Assembly: GCA_964400165.1 (NCBI GenBank)
Contig: CAYNSX010000040.1
Span: forward strand, 1 to 21,876
Length of the DNA stretch: 21,876 bases
Direction: 5' to 3'
Source: an uncultured bacterium
GTDB lineage: Bacteria; Armatimonadota; Hebobacteria; CAYNSX01
This document shows, one piece after another, positions 1-8,974 of the stretch. Under the pieces are notes generated by a model. The model made no database searches. It was given only the letters and a program-made list of their open reading frames with translations, and was not told the origin of the DNA. How positions within the stretch are numbered: the stretch's first letter is position 1; the number at the start of each line of letters is the position of its first letter. Made by a program: the position numbers and the translations under genes.

Positions 1-1930
1 GCGCCGGGCCGAGCACGCTCGCCTCCGGCGCCGCCGCGCGCACGCGCGCCGCCAGCGTCTGCGCCGCGCCCACCACCTCCCCCTCCGCACGCCCGGATAT
101 CAGCACCCGGCCAAGTGCGGCGAACGGCGGAAAGCCCGTCTCCCGCCGCACTGCCAGTTCGCGGCGATAGAACGCCCGCAGGTCGCCGCACGACACCGCC
201 GCCATCACATAGTGCTCCGGGTCGTGGGTTTGGATGGCGAGGCGCCGCGCCGTCAGGCGCAGCGGCCACAACGCCTGAAAGGCGTGCTCGGCGGCCAGGT
301 ACTCCGGCGAGTGCAATGACCGGTCGGCGTCGAGGACGAGGCACACCGGCGCTGATGTGTGCGCCGCCAGTCCCAGCGTCGTCACGACGACCTGCGCATC
401 GGCGACGGCGCGGTCGCCGTCGGCGACCGCGACGGTCGCTTCGGGCGCAAATTGTTGCACCATCTCGGCCACCGCTTGCACGCCGACCCCGCGGGACCGG
501 AGCCGTAGATCGCCGCAGCGCGGACAGCGGTCGGGCGCAGCAGTTCGCTGCGTGCATTGCGGACAGCGCAGCGCCGCCTCGCTGCGGAAGTAGCGCAAGT
601 TCACCAGACAGCGCGGGCAGCGGAAGACATGGCCGCACTCCTGGCAGAGGAGGGTCGGCGCGTAGCCCTTCGCGCCGGCGCACAGCGCGATACGCTCGCC
701 CGCCGCGAGCGCCTCCTTGATGATGGCCCGCGCCCGCGGCGACAGGCCCGCCGGCGGTCGCCGCCCGCGCAGGTCGATCAGTTCAACGGTGACCGGCGGC
801 GGGTCACCGCGCTCCTGCACCCGCTTCTTTTCGCCAGACGAGTGCACGCGCTCCACCGTTGGCGCGGCGCTGACCGCGACCACCGGCGCCTCGGCAAACT
901 CACCCAGCGCTTGCGCCACCCGGCGGGCGTCGTAGTGCGGGCGCTCCTCGGCTTTGTAGAGGTCGTCGTGCTCGCCGGTAACGACAATGACGCCCAGCCG
1001 CGGCAGCGCGGCGAAGACCGCCGCCCGCGTCCCGATCACGATTGGCGCGCCCCAGGCCATGCTCCACGCCTGCGCCCGCTCGCGCGGCGTTCGCGCCGGA
1101 ACCAAAACGGCGACGGCCGTGCCGTTCGCACGGCCGAGGCGGCGCGCCAGCGCCGCCGCCTGTGCGGCGGTCGGCGCCAGAACGAGTGCCTGCTGTCCGT
1201 TCGCCGCCGCCCAGACGCACGCCGCCCGAGCGGCGTCCTCGGTCTGCCGCCCGTCGCGGTCGATGATGCACAAGGGCGTGCGCGACAGTTCTGCCAGCGC
1301 TTCCCAGGCCGCGGGCGGCAGTGCCGGCGGTGCGTGAAGTGACGGAGCGGTCGGCGCGGGTTCGCCGCCCGCCCAATGCACCCGCGCCGAGGCTTCGACG
1401 AGGCCCTCGGCGCGCAGCCACGCCAACTGCTCGCGGTCCTTGCGCACGCGTGCCGGTTCCAGCCCGCCGGGCGATTCGGCGATGCGCTCGAACAGACGCA
1501 GCGCCGCCGGGCGCGCCGCGGTGACGCGTGTCCGCGCGTCGTCCGGCGCCAGCGCCGGCGCCAGGCGCACGGTGGCTTCGAGGCGGATGACTTCACGCGG
1601 CAGCCACAACCCAAACGCCTCACTCAAGGCGCAGTGGTCATGGGCAGCGAGCCAGTGCGCCGCACGCAGCGCGTGCGGCGGCAGTGGAGTGGGCATCGCC
1701 CGCGCGTGCAGCGGCCGCACCGGCGCGGCGCCGGGCGCATCGGCGAAGCCGATGACGACACCGAGCGTCATCCGCCGCCCCAGCGGCGCAACAACGCAAT
1801 CCCCCGCGGTCAGCGAGTCTGCGAGCGCCGCGGGGATGGCGTAGGTCAGCGGGTCGGGCAGGTGCCGGCCGACGCGCAGCGGGACTACTTGCGCGAAGCG
1901 GGCGGCGTGCGGCCCCTCGGGCGGGCGCAC
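1..1930 (-). CDS. priA: Primosomal protein N' (PriA). It starts at GTG 1930, and the C-terminal end runs off the left edge of the window.
   Basis: I translated the minus strand by hand from 1930. The N-terminus reads RFAQVVPLRVGRHLPDPLTYAIP, the PriA 3'-DNA-binding-domain signature. The SF2 helicase core aligns to E. coli PriA (QALVLAP, IVIGTRAAVF, VSAAP). A Cys-rich zinc region follows: CQECGHVFRCPRCLVNLRYF...LRCPQC...CPRCG. The start is 6 nt past the metK stop (TAA at 1937-1939). The Walker A and DEEH positions read IDRDGRQT and VTGEH; see the PriA finding. Confidence 0.85.
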   Translation of the reverse strand, partial: MRPPEGPHAARFAQVVPLRVGRHLPDPLTYAIPAALADSLTAGDCVVAPLGRRMTLGVVIGFADAPGAAPVRPLHARAMPTPLPPHALRAAHWLAAHDHCALSEAFGLWLPREVIRLEATVRLAPALAPDDARTRVTAARPAALRLFERIAESPGGLEPARVRKDREQLAWLRAEGLVEASARVHWAGGEPAPTAPSLHAPPALPPAAWEALAELSRTPLCIIDRDGRQTEDAARAACVWAAANGQQALVLAPTAAQAAALARRLGRANGTAVAVLVPARTPRERAQAWSMAWGAPIVIGTRAAVFAALPRLGVIVVTGEHDDLYKAEERPHYDARRVAQALGEFAEAPVVAVSAAPTVERVHSSGEKKRVQERGDPPPVTVELIDLRGRRPPAGLSPRARAIIKEALAAGERIALCAGAKGYAPTLLCQECGHVFRCPRCLVNLRYFRSEAALRCPQCTQRTAAPDRCPRCGDLRLRSRGVGVQAVAEMVQQFAPEATVAVADGDRAVADAQVVVTTLGLAAHTSAPVCLVLDADRSLHSPEYLAAEHAFQALWPLRLTARRLAIQTHDPEHYVMAAVSCGDLRAFYRRELAVRRETGFPPFAALGRVLISGRAEGEVVGAAQTLAARVRAAAPEASVLGPA

Positions 1931-1936
1931 GAAGCG

Positions 1937-3100
1937 TTACGACGACGCGGTAGCGAAGCCGGCGCGGTCGCGCAGCGCCGCGGCGGCGTCGAGCCGCTCC
2001 CAGGGCGCTTCGCTGGGGTCGCGGCCGAAATGGCCGTAGGCGGCCAGCGGCGAGTAGATGGGCCGGCGCAAGTCGAGCGTCTCGATGATCTCCTCCGGCG
2101 TCAGCGGGAACACTTCGCGCACGATATCGGAGAGCGCCTCGTCGGAGAGGCGGCCCGTCCCGAAGGTGTCCACCTCCGCCGCCACCGGGTCGGGGTAGCC
2201 GATGACATAGGAAAGTTCCACCTCGCAGCGGTCGGCGAGTTGCGCGGCCACCAAGTTCTTGGCGATGTGCCGCGCCATATAGGTCGCCGAACGGTCGACT
2301 TTGGTCGGGTCCTTCCCGGAGAAACTGCCGCCGCCGTGGTGCGCGACGCCTCCGTAAGTGTCCACAATAATCTTGCGTCCGGTGATGCCCGTGTCGGCGA
2401 GCGGCCCGCCGCGCACGAATCGCCCGGTCGGATTGACCAGGATGGTCGTCTCCGGACTCAACAGCGCCGGATCGATCACCTTCTCGATGACTTCCGCGCG
2501 CACCGCCTCGACGACCTCTTCCAGCGACGCCGCGGCGATGTGGTGCGCCGAGACGACGATGTGGTCGACGGCGAGCGGTTGTCCCTGCTCGTCGTAGCGG
2601 ACGGTCACCTGGCTCTTGCCGTCGGGGTGCAGGAAGTCGAGGATGCCGCGCTTGCGCACCTCGCTCAACCGCCGCACCAGGCGATGCGCCAGCATGATCG
2701 GCAGCGGCATCAATTCCGGCGTCTCCCGGCAGGCATAGCCGTACATCGTGCCCTGATCGCCGGCGCCGCCGCGGCGGACGCCGAGGTCAATGTCGGGCGA
2801 CTGCGGCTGAATGGCCACAAGCACGCCGGCGCTCAAGAAATCGAAGCCGCTGCCCCGCTCGGCGGCATAGCCGATGCGTTCGAGCGTGCGGCGGACGATT
2901 TGCGGGATTTCGATGTAGCAGTTGGTCGAGATTTCGCCGGCGACGATGCACATGCCGGTGGTGACCAGCGCCTCGACCGCAACGCGGCCCGTTGGGTCCT
3001 TCTCCAGGATGGCGTCGAGGACGCTGTCGGAAATCTGGTCGGCGATCTTGTCGGGGTGGCCTTCGGTGACCGACTCGGAGGTGATGCGCCGGTAGGCCAT
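1937..3100 (-). CDS. metK: S-adenosylmethionine synthetase
   Basis: It is the downstream part of the ORF-track frame 1937..4126. The start is M at 3100: [25 protein letters not shown]. The internal motif [19 protein letters not shown] and the C-terminus AAYGHFGR are classic MetK, and the length is 387 aa. Its ATG overlaps the coaBC stop (ctgatg). Confidence 0.95.
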   Translation of the reverse strand: MAYRRITSESVTEGHPDKIADQISDSVLDAILEKDPTGRVAVEALVTTGMCIVAGEISTNCYIEIPQIVRRTLERIGYAAERGSGFDFLSAGVLVAIQPQSPDIDLGVRRGGAGDQGTMYGYACRETPELMPLPIMLAHRLVRRLSEVRKRGILDFLHPDGKSQVTVRYDEQGQPLAVDHIVVSAHHIAAASLEEVVEAVRAEVIEKVIDPALLSPETTILVNPTGRFVRGGPLADTGITGRKIIVDTYGGVAHHGGGSFSGKDPTKVDRSATYMARHIAKNLVAAQLADRCEVELSYVIGYPDPVAAEVDTFGTGRLSDEALSDIVREVFPLTPEEIIETLDLRRPIYSPLAAYGHFGRDPSEAPWERLDAAAALRDRAGFATASS

Positions 3101-4374
3101 CAGGCAGCCCGCCGCGCTGCGCGCGCCGTCCCGCGCGCCGCGCGCAGTGCCTTCACACGATTGAGAATCAGTTCTGCAACCTGCCGCTTCGGCAAGACTG
3201 GATGCTCCTCTGGGGCGCCGTCGGGGGTGAGCAGCGTCACGCGGTTGCCCTCGGCGCCGAACCCCGAGCCCGCCGTCATAATATCCGTGCATACCATCAG
3301 GTCGAGGGATTTCCTGTGGAGTTTCTCCCGCGCCCGCTCGATGGGGTCGTCCCAGTCCGCTGAAAAGCCCACCAGCAGCCGCTCGCCTTTGCGCTCGGCG
3401 ACCGCGCTCAAAATGTCCGGCGTCGCTTGCAGCGAGAGCGCCAAGCCGTCGGCGTCCTCTTTGCGCAGTTTGCCCTCGGCAACGCGCTGCGGCGCGAAAT
3501 CGCACACGGCCGCGGCCCCGATGACGACCTCGGCGTCGTTCAAGTTCGCCAGGACGGCGTCGTGCATCTCCTGCGCGGTCACCACCGGCACCACGCGGAC
3601 GCCCGCCGGGCCGGGCAAGGCCGTCGGCCCAGTCACCAGCGTTACGAGGGCGCCGCGACGGGCGGCGGCCTGCGCCAGCGCCTGCCCCATCTTCCCCGAG
3701 GACGCGTTGGTGATGAACCGCACGCGGTCCACCGCCTCCCGCGTCGGCCCCGAGGTGATGAGCATGCGAACGCCGTCGAGGTCGTGCCGGTGCGCCAGCC
3801 GCTCTTCGAGATGCGCCACGATGACCGCCACATCGGCCATCCGCCCGGGCCCGCGCTCGCGGCACGCCAGCCAGCCCGACTCGGGCGGGACGATTTCGTA
3901 GCCGAGTGCCTGCACGGCGGCCAGGTTGCGTTGCGTCGCCGGGTGTTCCCACATGCGGGTGTTCATCGCCGGCGCCACCAGGATCGGACAGCGGCACGCC
4001 AGCACGGTGCTGGTGAGCATATCGTCGGCGAGGCCGTGCGCGAGGCGGGCGAGCAGGTTGGCCGTCACCGGCGCCAGAAGGACCGCATCGGCCCGCTGCG
4101 CGAGGGCGATGTGTTCGATCTCCCACTGGCCGGGCGCGTCGAAGAGGCCGGTTACGACGGGACGCCCGGAGAGAGTGCTCAAGGTCAGCGGCGGAATGAA
4201 TTCGGCGGCGGCGCGCGTCATCATCACATGCACTTCGGCGCCGCGCTGGGTCAATTCGCTGACCAGGTCGGCCGCCTTGTACGCGGCGATGCTGCCCGAG
4301 ACACCGGCGAGCAGGACGGCGCCAGCTAGGCGGTCGGCGGGATCGGCAGGGGCTGCCATCGGTGGCTCCGGCAT
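3100..4374 (-). CDS. coaBC: Bifunctional phosphopantothenoylcysteine decarboxylase/synthetase (CoaBC/Dfp). The start may be the second Met at ~4359.
   Basis: The N-terminal flavoprotein motif is [14 protein letters not shown]...PAMNTRMW. The C-terminal CoaB motif is [26 protein letters not shown]. Length is 424 aa. It overlaps the gmk 3' end by 33-48 nt. Confidence 0.9.
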   Translation of the reverse strand: MPEPPMAAPADPADRLAGAVLLAGVSGSIAAYKAADLVSELTQRGAEVHVMMTRAAAEFIPPLTLSTLSGRPVVTGLFDAPGQWEIEHIALAQRADAVLLAPVTANLLARLAHGLADDMLTSTVLACRCPILVAPAMNTRMWEHPATQRNLAAVQALGYEIVPPESGWLACRERGPGRMADVAVIVAHLEERLAHRHDLDGVRMLITSGPTREAVDRVRFITNASSGKMGQALAQAAARRGALVTLVTGPTALPGPAGVRVVPVVTAQEMHDAVLANLNDAEVVIGAAAVCDFAPQRVAEGKLRKEDADGLALSLQATPDILSAVAERKGERLLVGFSADWDDPIERAREKLHRKSLDLMVCTDIMTAGSGFGAEGNRVTLLTPDGAPEEHPVLPKRQVAELILNRVKALRAARGTARAARRAA

Positions 4375-4943
4375 TGTTCCGCAGTGATTATAGCGCCCAG
4401 GGTCTCTGCGGCGGTCTCGACGCGGTCGTTGCAGACGACATACTCATAATCGCGGGCGCGCGCCAGTTCCGCGGCGGCGCCGCGCAAGCGGCGCTGCAAC
4501 GACTCGCCGTCCTCGGTCCCGCGGCCGCGCAGGCGTTCCTCGAGCGCCCGCCAGGACGGCGGCGCCAGAAACACCAGCACGGCGGAGGCATCTGCCTCCC
4601 GGATCGCTCGTGCGCCTTGCGGGTCGATGGCCAGCGCGACGACCTTGCCGCGCCGGCGCTGGTCTTCCACCCACACCCGCGGCGTGCCGTAGCGGTGGCC
4701 ATGCACTTCGGCCCATTCCAACAGGTCGCCGGCCGCCCGGGCACGGTCAAACGCGTCCTCGGACACGAAATGGTAGTGCGTCCCAACAGCCTCATCGGCA
4801 CGCGGGGGCCGGGTGGTCAGTGACACCGAGCGGACGATGTGGGGGTCACGGGCGCACAGGGCATTCACCACCGTGCTCTTACCGACGCCCGACGGGCCGG
4901 AAACCACCACCAGCATCCCGTCTCGGACCGGCGCCACTGGCAT
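4326..4943 (-). CDS. gmk: Guanylate kinase
   Basis: It starts [24 protein letters not shown] (P-loop). TTRPPR and YHFVS motifs are present, and the length is ~205 aa. The ATG at 4943 overlaps the stop of the upstream small ORF (ctgatg). No rpoZ lies between gmk and coaBC. Confidence 0.9.
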   Translation of the reverse strand: MPVAPVRDGMLVVVSGPSGVGKSTVVNALCARDPHIVRSVSLTTRPPRADEAVGTHYHFVSEDAFDRARAAGDLLEWAEVHGHRYGTPRVWVEDQRRRGKVVALAIDPQGARAIREADASAVLVFLAPPSWRALEERLRGRGTEDGESLQRRLRGAAAELARARDYEYVVCNDRVETAAETLGAIITAEQCRSHRWQPLPIPPTA

Positions 4944-5185
4944 CAGATGTCGACGATCTTGGCGTGAAACGCGACATCTCGCACCTCGGCCAAGTGCCGG
5001 AGAATGCTTTCGAGAAGTTCCCACTCTTTCTTCAAGTCAAGCTTCTGACCGCGAATGGCTCGCAACTCGCCGTCAATATGGACGACGCCGTGTGAAGTCC
5101 GAATGATGAGGCGAGTGGGGTCGACCGGCCGCCTATAAACTTCCTTCCAGACGCGTCTGGTGAGCCGGGCGTCGTCTACTCCCAA
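4943..5185 (-). CDS. Hypothetical small protein (80 aa), translationally coupled to gmk
   Basis: The ORF has a non-repetitive, balanced amino-acid composition (MGVDDARLTRRVWKEVYRRPVDPTRLIIRTSHGVVHIDGELRAIRGQKLDLKKEWELLESILRHLAEVRDVAFHAKIVDI), unlike the Arg/Pro/Gly-rich spurious frames nearby. It overlaps the gmk start by 1 nt and the upstream gene end by 10 nt. I do not recognise the family. Confidence 0.5.
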   Translation of the reverse strand: MGVDDARLTRRVWKEVYRRPVDPTRLIIRTSHGVVHIDGELRAIRGQKLDLKKEWELLESILRHLAEVRDVAFHAKIVDI

Positions 5186-5799
5186 GCGTGCACGGGCTCC
5201 CGGGAACTGGTGCGGGCGCTGGGCGCCACGAGACCGGTGGCGACGAAGTCGCTCGGCAGGCCGTCGCCAATGCGATAGCGGACATGGACGACATAGGAGC
5301 CGACTTGCGTGGGCCGGAACCGGAGCTCCGTTTGATACTCGCCGCGTCCGGCGATTGGGTCGGAAGGCACTTCAAGCACATACGAGCCGTCGGGCCGGTG
5401 TTGCGGCGACACGGTCGGCCGCGTCGTTTCGAACTCAAGACCTTCCATCAATTTGGGGTCCAACTCGAAGAACACATTCGGCGCCGGCTGGATTTCGGAG
5501 GTGACGAAGGTCACGCGCACGCGCACCCAATCGTCCATCGTCACGCTGTCGGGCCAGTCCTGTCGCACGCCGGTGCGGTGTTCGGGATCGGGTGAGGGCA
5601 ACATGACGAGGACACCGAGAAAGCCGGCGAGGAGTCCGACGCCCAGGGTCAGCACCCACCATTGACCGGCGGACAGGACGGTGTGCCCCCGGTTCCTAGA
5701 ATGCACCCGAGGGACAGTCAGCCCACAAACCGGGCAACGGGCAAACCCTTCAGCCAGCGCCCGACTTGGAGCACCACACCTTGGACAGCGCCGTCTCAC
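5176..5799 (-). CDS. Zinc-ribbon membrane protein. The ORF-track frame extends to TTG 5889, but the likely start is GTG ~5799, giving MRRRCPRCG...
   Basis: It has an N-terminal CPRCG-x17-CPVCG zinc ribbon and one TM helix (WWVLTLGVGLLAGFLGVLVML). A ~150-aa extracytoplasmic domain follows. Its architecture loosely resembles a single-pass anti-sigma factor or sensor. The TTG at 5889 would lie inside the -10 box of the divergent secD promoter. A minus-strand promoter (TTGACG-18-TATAAT) sits just upstream of the GTG. Confidence 0.55.
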   Translation of the reverse strand: MRRRCPRCGAPSRALAEGFARCPVCGLTVPRVHSRNRGHTVLSAGQWWVLTLGVGLLAGFLGVLVMLPSPDPEHRTGVRQDWPDSVTMDDWVRVRVTFVTSEIQPAPNVFFELDPKLMEGLEFETTRPTVSPQHRPDGSYVLEVPSDPIAGRGEYQTELRFRPTQVGSYVVHVRYRIGDGLPSDFVATGLVAPSARTSSREPVHAWE

Positions 5800-5822
5800 G
5801 ATAGATAATGTGCTTCCAGCGG

Positions 5823-5852
5823 CATTATACGGACTCCTTCTTTCAGCCGTCA
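5823..5852 (-). promoter_or_regulatory. Candidate sigma-70-type promoter for the minus-strand zinc-ribbon gene: -35 TTGACG, 18-nt spacer, -10 TATAAT (read on the minus strand)
   Basis: The plus strand has attata at 5823-5828 and cgtcaa at ~5847-5852. A GTG start lies ~20 nt downstream of the predicted TSS, with GGAAG upstream of it. Confidence 0.45.
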
Positions 5853-5860
5853 ACCCAATA

Positions 5861-5889
5861 ATTGACAGCCCCCGAGCCGCTCCGTACAA
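5861..5889 (+). promoter_or_regulatory. Consensus sigma-70-type promoter for secD-secF: -35 TTGACA (5861-5866), 17-nt spacer, -10 TACAAT (5884-5889). The SD GGGAGG lies at 5917-5922.
   Basis: Both hexamers are near-consensus with optimal spacing. A strong Shine-Dalgarno sits 11 nt before the secD GTG at 5934. Confidence 0.6.
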
Positions 5890-5933
5890 TCCCCCGCAAT
5901 ACCCTGCAGTGCCCCCTGGGAGGCTGACGGACC

Positions 5934-7637
5934 GTGATTCTGCGTGCCCGCCTGTGGATGGTCGGGGTCGTCCTGTTATCTCTTACCGCCTTTCTTCTCG
6001 TATTTCAGCCCCTGACCTTCCAACTGCGCCCCCACCCAGTGGACAAATCTCGGATGCTCAAGCCGGTGCAGGAATTGCCCATCGGTTCCGCCCGGCTGTA
6101 TGTTTACTGGCCGCAACCGGCCCTGAAACTGGGCCTCGACCTGCAGGGCGGCCTGCGCGTCGTCCTGCGGGCCATCCGCGGCGCCACCATCACCGTGGAG
6201 CCAGGCGAGACCGCCGCGACCGATGACGCAAAGGCGGCGCTCCGTCAGCGTGTCCTCACCGCCCTCGACCCGAATGAGTTTCCCGAGCGCACCGCGGAAC
6301 TGAACCCGGCGGGCACAGCCGTCTCGATTCGCGTGGCGGCAGCGAACACCGAGCAAATGGATGAAATGGCCGGCCGCTTGCTGGAGCGGCTGCGGCCCGC
6401 GTTTCCAGCGGTGAAACTCGCCGCGGACGGCAAGGTGCTCGGCACGATCGAGCCGGGCGCGTTGCAAACCATCGCCGAAATTATGCGGCGCCGCGTCGAC
6501 CAGTTCGGCGTGTCCGAGCCGATTATTCAGCCCGAGCCACCCGACCGCATCGCCATCGAACTCCCCGGCCTGCGCAATCCGGAAGAGTTCATCGCGCTGG
6601 TGAAGACCACGGCGCGGATGCAGTGGGTGCATGTCCCGCAGGATTTGAAGCCCCGTTTGCAGGCGGCCATCGACGACGACGAGCGGCCGAAATCCGACCA
6701 GACGATGACCGACGAAGAACGCAATAAGGCCTTCACGGAAGTCTTTGACGCGTCGACCGTCATCCTCTCCGGCGGCGACTTGAAGCCGACCTCGCGACCC
6801 GAACCCCTCCCCACCCAGGGCAATGTCGTCACTTTCAACCTCAAGCCGGAGGGCGCCAAGCGCTGGGGCGATTTCACCAAATTCAACATCGGGCAGTTTG
6901 TCGCCATCTACCTCGACCGAAAGGCAATTAGCTGCCCAGTCGTGAGGGGCGTGATGTCGGACCAAGGACAAATTGAAGGCAACTTTACGGTGCCCGAGGC
7001 GACGCAACTGGCCACGCTGCTCAATGCCGGCGCCCTGCCGATGTCGCTCGAAATCCTGCACCAGGAAGTCGTCAGCCCGACGCTGGGACGAGATTCGCTC
7101 AATGCCAGTCTCTATGCCGGCGTCATCGGCGCGCTCGCCATTCTGGTCTTCATGCTCCTGTATTACCGGCTGCCGGGCATCCTCGCGGACGGGGCGCTCG
7201 CCATCTACACGCTGCTCCTCCTCGGCATCTTCTGGCTGGTGGGCATCACGCTGACGCTGCCGGGCATCGTGGGCATCCTGCTCTCGATGGGCATGGCGAT
7301 CGACTCAAACATTATCATCTTCGAGCGCGTCAAAGAGGAAATTCGCTCCGGCAAGACGGTGCGCGCCAGCATTGACGCCGGCTTCAGCCGCGCCTGGACG
7401 GCGGTCTTCGACGCCAGCGCGACGACCATTGCCGCGGCACTCGTGCTCATTCTCCTCGGGAGCGGGCCGGTGAAGGGCTTCGGCGTGGCGCTGGTGTTTG
7501 GCGTGCTGTTGTCGCTGTTCACCGCCGTGACGGTCAGCCGGCAACTGATGATTCTGGCGGCGCATTCCCTTTTCGGGAACAACACCTGGCTCTTCGGTGC
7601 CCGCGCGCCCCGCGCGTCGGAACAGGCCGCCCGATGA
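5934..7637 (+). CDS. secD: Protein translocase subunit SecD
   Basis: It has a GTG start and an N-terminal TM helix. LGLDLQGGLRVVL is the SecD signature. A large periplasmic P1 domain is followed by a C-terminal 6-TM block (ILLGSGPVKGFGVALVFGVL). An ATGA overlap joins it to secF. Confidence 0.92.
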   Translation: MILRARLWMVGVVLLSLTAFLLVFQPLTFQLRPHPVDKSRMLKPVQELPIGSARLYVYWPQPALKLGLDLQGGLRVVLRAIRGATITVEPGETAATDDAKAALRQRVLTALDPNEFPERTAELNPAGTAVSIRVAAANTEQMDEMAGRLLERLRPAFPAVKLAADGKVLGTIEPGALQTIAEIMRRRVDQFGVSEPIIQPEPPDRIAIELPGLRNPEEFIALVKTTARMQWVHVPQDLKPRLQAAIDDDERPKSDQTMTDEERNKAFTEVFDASTVILSGGDLKPTSRPEPLPTQGNVVTFNLKPEGAKRWGDFTKFNIGQFVAIYLDRKAISCPVVRGVMSDQGQIEGNFTVPEATQLATLLNAGALPMSLEILHQEVVSPTLGRDSLNASLYAGVIGALAILVFMLLYYRLPGILADGALAIYTLLLLGIFWLVGITLTLPGIVGILLSMGMAIDSNIIIFERVKEEIRSGKTVRASIDAGFSRAWTAVFDASATTIAAALVLILLGSGPVKGFGVALVFGVLLSLFTAVTVSRQLMILAAHSLFGNNTWLFGARAPRASEQAAR

Positions 7638-8860
7638 CCCGCGGCCCGCGCCGGCCCGACCTCATCCGGTTGCGGCCCTTGTGGTACGCCATCTCGCTGG
7701 CGGGCTTGGTCGTCGGTATCGGGGCGATGGTGACGAACGGGCGCCAGGCGGCGCGCGAGGGGCGCTCGTTCATCGAACGCCTCGGCTTCAACGCGGGCAT
7801 CGACTTCACCGGCGGCGCGATGTTCCGCTATCGCCTCGCCACTCCGTTCCCGGAAGCCCAGGAGGCGCAGAAACAGCAGGAATACCGCGCCGTCATCGAG
7901 CAGGCGGGGTTGGAGCGGTTCAAGATTCAGACGGTCGGCACGGGCGCCGAACGCAGTCATCTCAACATCCAGACCCAGGCGCTCAACGAAACCGACCAGC
8001 GCCGCGACCAGGACCGCCTGACGCAGGCCCTGACGGCGAAAGAGCCGGGCATCACGCTCGACGAATCGTCGCTCGTCGGCCCCGTCATCAGCAATGAAAT
8101 CCTCGTGCGGGCGCTCGAGGCGTTTATCGTCGGCACGCTGCTCATTCTGCTCTACATCGCCATCCGATACGACTTCATGTTCGCGGTCTGCGCCATCGCA
8201 GCGCTGCTGCACGACATTTTCATTATGCTCGGCTGGGCCTCGCTCGCCCGGCTGGAAGTGGACAGCGCGTTCGTCGCCGCCGTCCTCGCCGTGATCGGGT
8301 ATTCGGTCAACGACACCATCATCATTTTCGACCGCATTCGCGAGAATATGCGGCGGATGCAGGGGCGCCCGTTCGCCGAGATCACGAATTACAGTCTGTG
8401 GGAGACGATGGCGCGCTCGATCAACACGATGCTCGCCGTCCTGTTCGTGTTGTTCGCCTTGTTGTTCTTCGGCGGCGTGACGATCAAAGCGTTCGTCGCC
8501 GCGATGGTAGTCGGCATCATTTCCGGGGGCTACAGTTCGATCTTCAACGCTGCCCAGTTGCTCACCGGCTGGAAGATGCGCCGTGAGTCGCGCCAGCGCC
8601 GGCCCGGCGCGTCGGCTTCGTCCTCGGCTACGGCGGCGCGACCGCGGCCGGCGCCCGGCCCCAGCCGCCCGACGTCTCCGCCGGCGCCCACGCGCCCGAC
8701 TGCCGATTCCGGCACATCGCCTGCCTCCGCCGACCTCGAAGCCCTGGCGACGCCGCCGCCCCTGCCCGACCGCCCGGCCGACGATGTCGTCCTCGCCCGC
8801 CGCGAGCGCCGCAAGGAACGCAAAGCGCCGAAGCTCGGCAAGCGGAAGAAGCGGCATTAA
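7634..8860 (+). CDS. secF: Protein translocase subunit SecF with a ~95-aa basic, Pro/Ala/Ser-rich C-terminal extension
   Basis: NAGIDFTGGAMFRY is the SecF signature. The TM block is YSVNDTIIIFDRIREN. The tail from ~8570 is low-complexity (RQRRPGASASSSATAARPRPAPGPSRPTSPPAPTRPT...RRERRKERKAPKLGKRKKRH). Confidence 0.9.
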   Translation: MTRGPRRPDLIRLRPLWYAISLAGLVVGIGAMVTNGRQAAREGRSFIERLGFNAGIDFTGGAMFRYRLATPFPEAQEAQKQQEYRAVIEQAGLERFKIQTVGTGAERSHLNIQTQALNETDQRRDQDRLTQALTAKEPGITLDESSLVGPVISNEILVRALEAFIVGTLLILLYIAIRYDFMFAVCAIAALLHDIFIMLGWASLARLEVDSAFVAAVLAVIGYSVNDTIIIFDRIRENMRRMQGRPFAEITNYSLWETMARSINTMLAVLFVLFALLFFGGVTIKAFVAAMVVGIISGGYSSIFNAAQLLTGWKMRRESRQRRPGASASSSATAARPRPAPGPSRPTSPPAPTRPTADSGTSPASADLEALATPPPLPDRPADDVVLARRERRKERKAPKLGKRKKRH

Positions 8861-8885
8861 CACACACTGACGGGCGATGGGGCAG

Positions 8886-8936
8886 GTGTCACGGGAAACG
8901 GTTTTCCGTGACACATCACACATTCCCCGTGACACG
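8886..8936. repeat. Copy A of the GTGTCACGGG...CCGTGACAC palindromic element
   Basis: The sequence is gtgtcacgggaaacggttttccgtgacac (9-bp perfect inverted repeat plus 4 further pairs), followed by atcacacattccccgtgacacg. It lies 40-90 nt upstream of the rel ATG. Related copies are at 12351-12415 and 12636-12707. Confidence 0.7.
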
Positions 8937-8960
8937 AACGCTTTGGGGCAGTACTGGCGG

Positions 8961-8966
8961 TACAAT
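8961..8966 (+). promoter_or_regulatory. Possible -10 element (TACAAT) for rel. It sits 8 nt upstream of the ATG, which would make the mRNA leaderless or nearly so.
   Basis: TACAAT is at 8961-8966, there is no SD before ATG 8975, and no good -35. This is speculative. Confidence 0.3.
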
Positions 8967-8974
8967 CTCTGAAC

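Noticed and set aside
115-1342. Several plus-strand ORFs (115..720, 557..1342) and minus-strand ORFs 900..1421 and 1036..1623
   Set aside because: They all overlap the hand-verified priA frame, have low-complexity R/P/A composition, and have no recognisable motifs.
1376-3901. 841-aa ORF on the plus strand
   Set aside because: It is antisense to priA and metK, which both have unambiguous homology in the opposite frame. Its composition is Arg/Ala/Gly-rich, typical of spurious frames in 70% GC DNA.
4326-4374. rpoZ between gmk and coaBC, and an S-box riboswitch upstream of metK
   Set aside because: There is no room. gmk overlaps coaBC, and coaBC overlaps metK by 1 nt.
8886-8914. Intrinsic terminator after secF
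   Set aside because: The stable hairpin is not followed by a U-tract. It matches the repeated GTGTCACGGG element found at two other loci, so it was reported as a repeat rather than a terminator.
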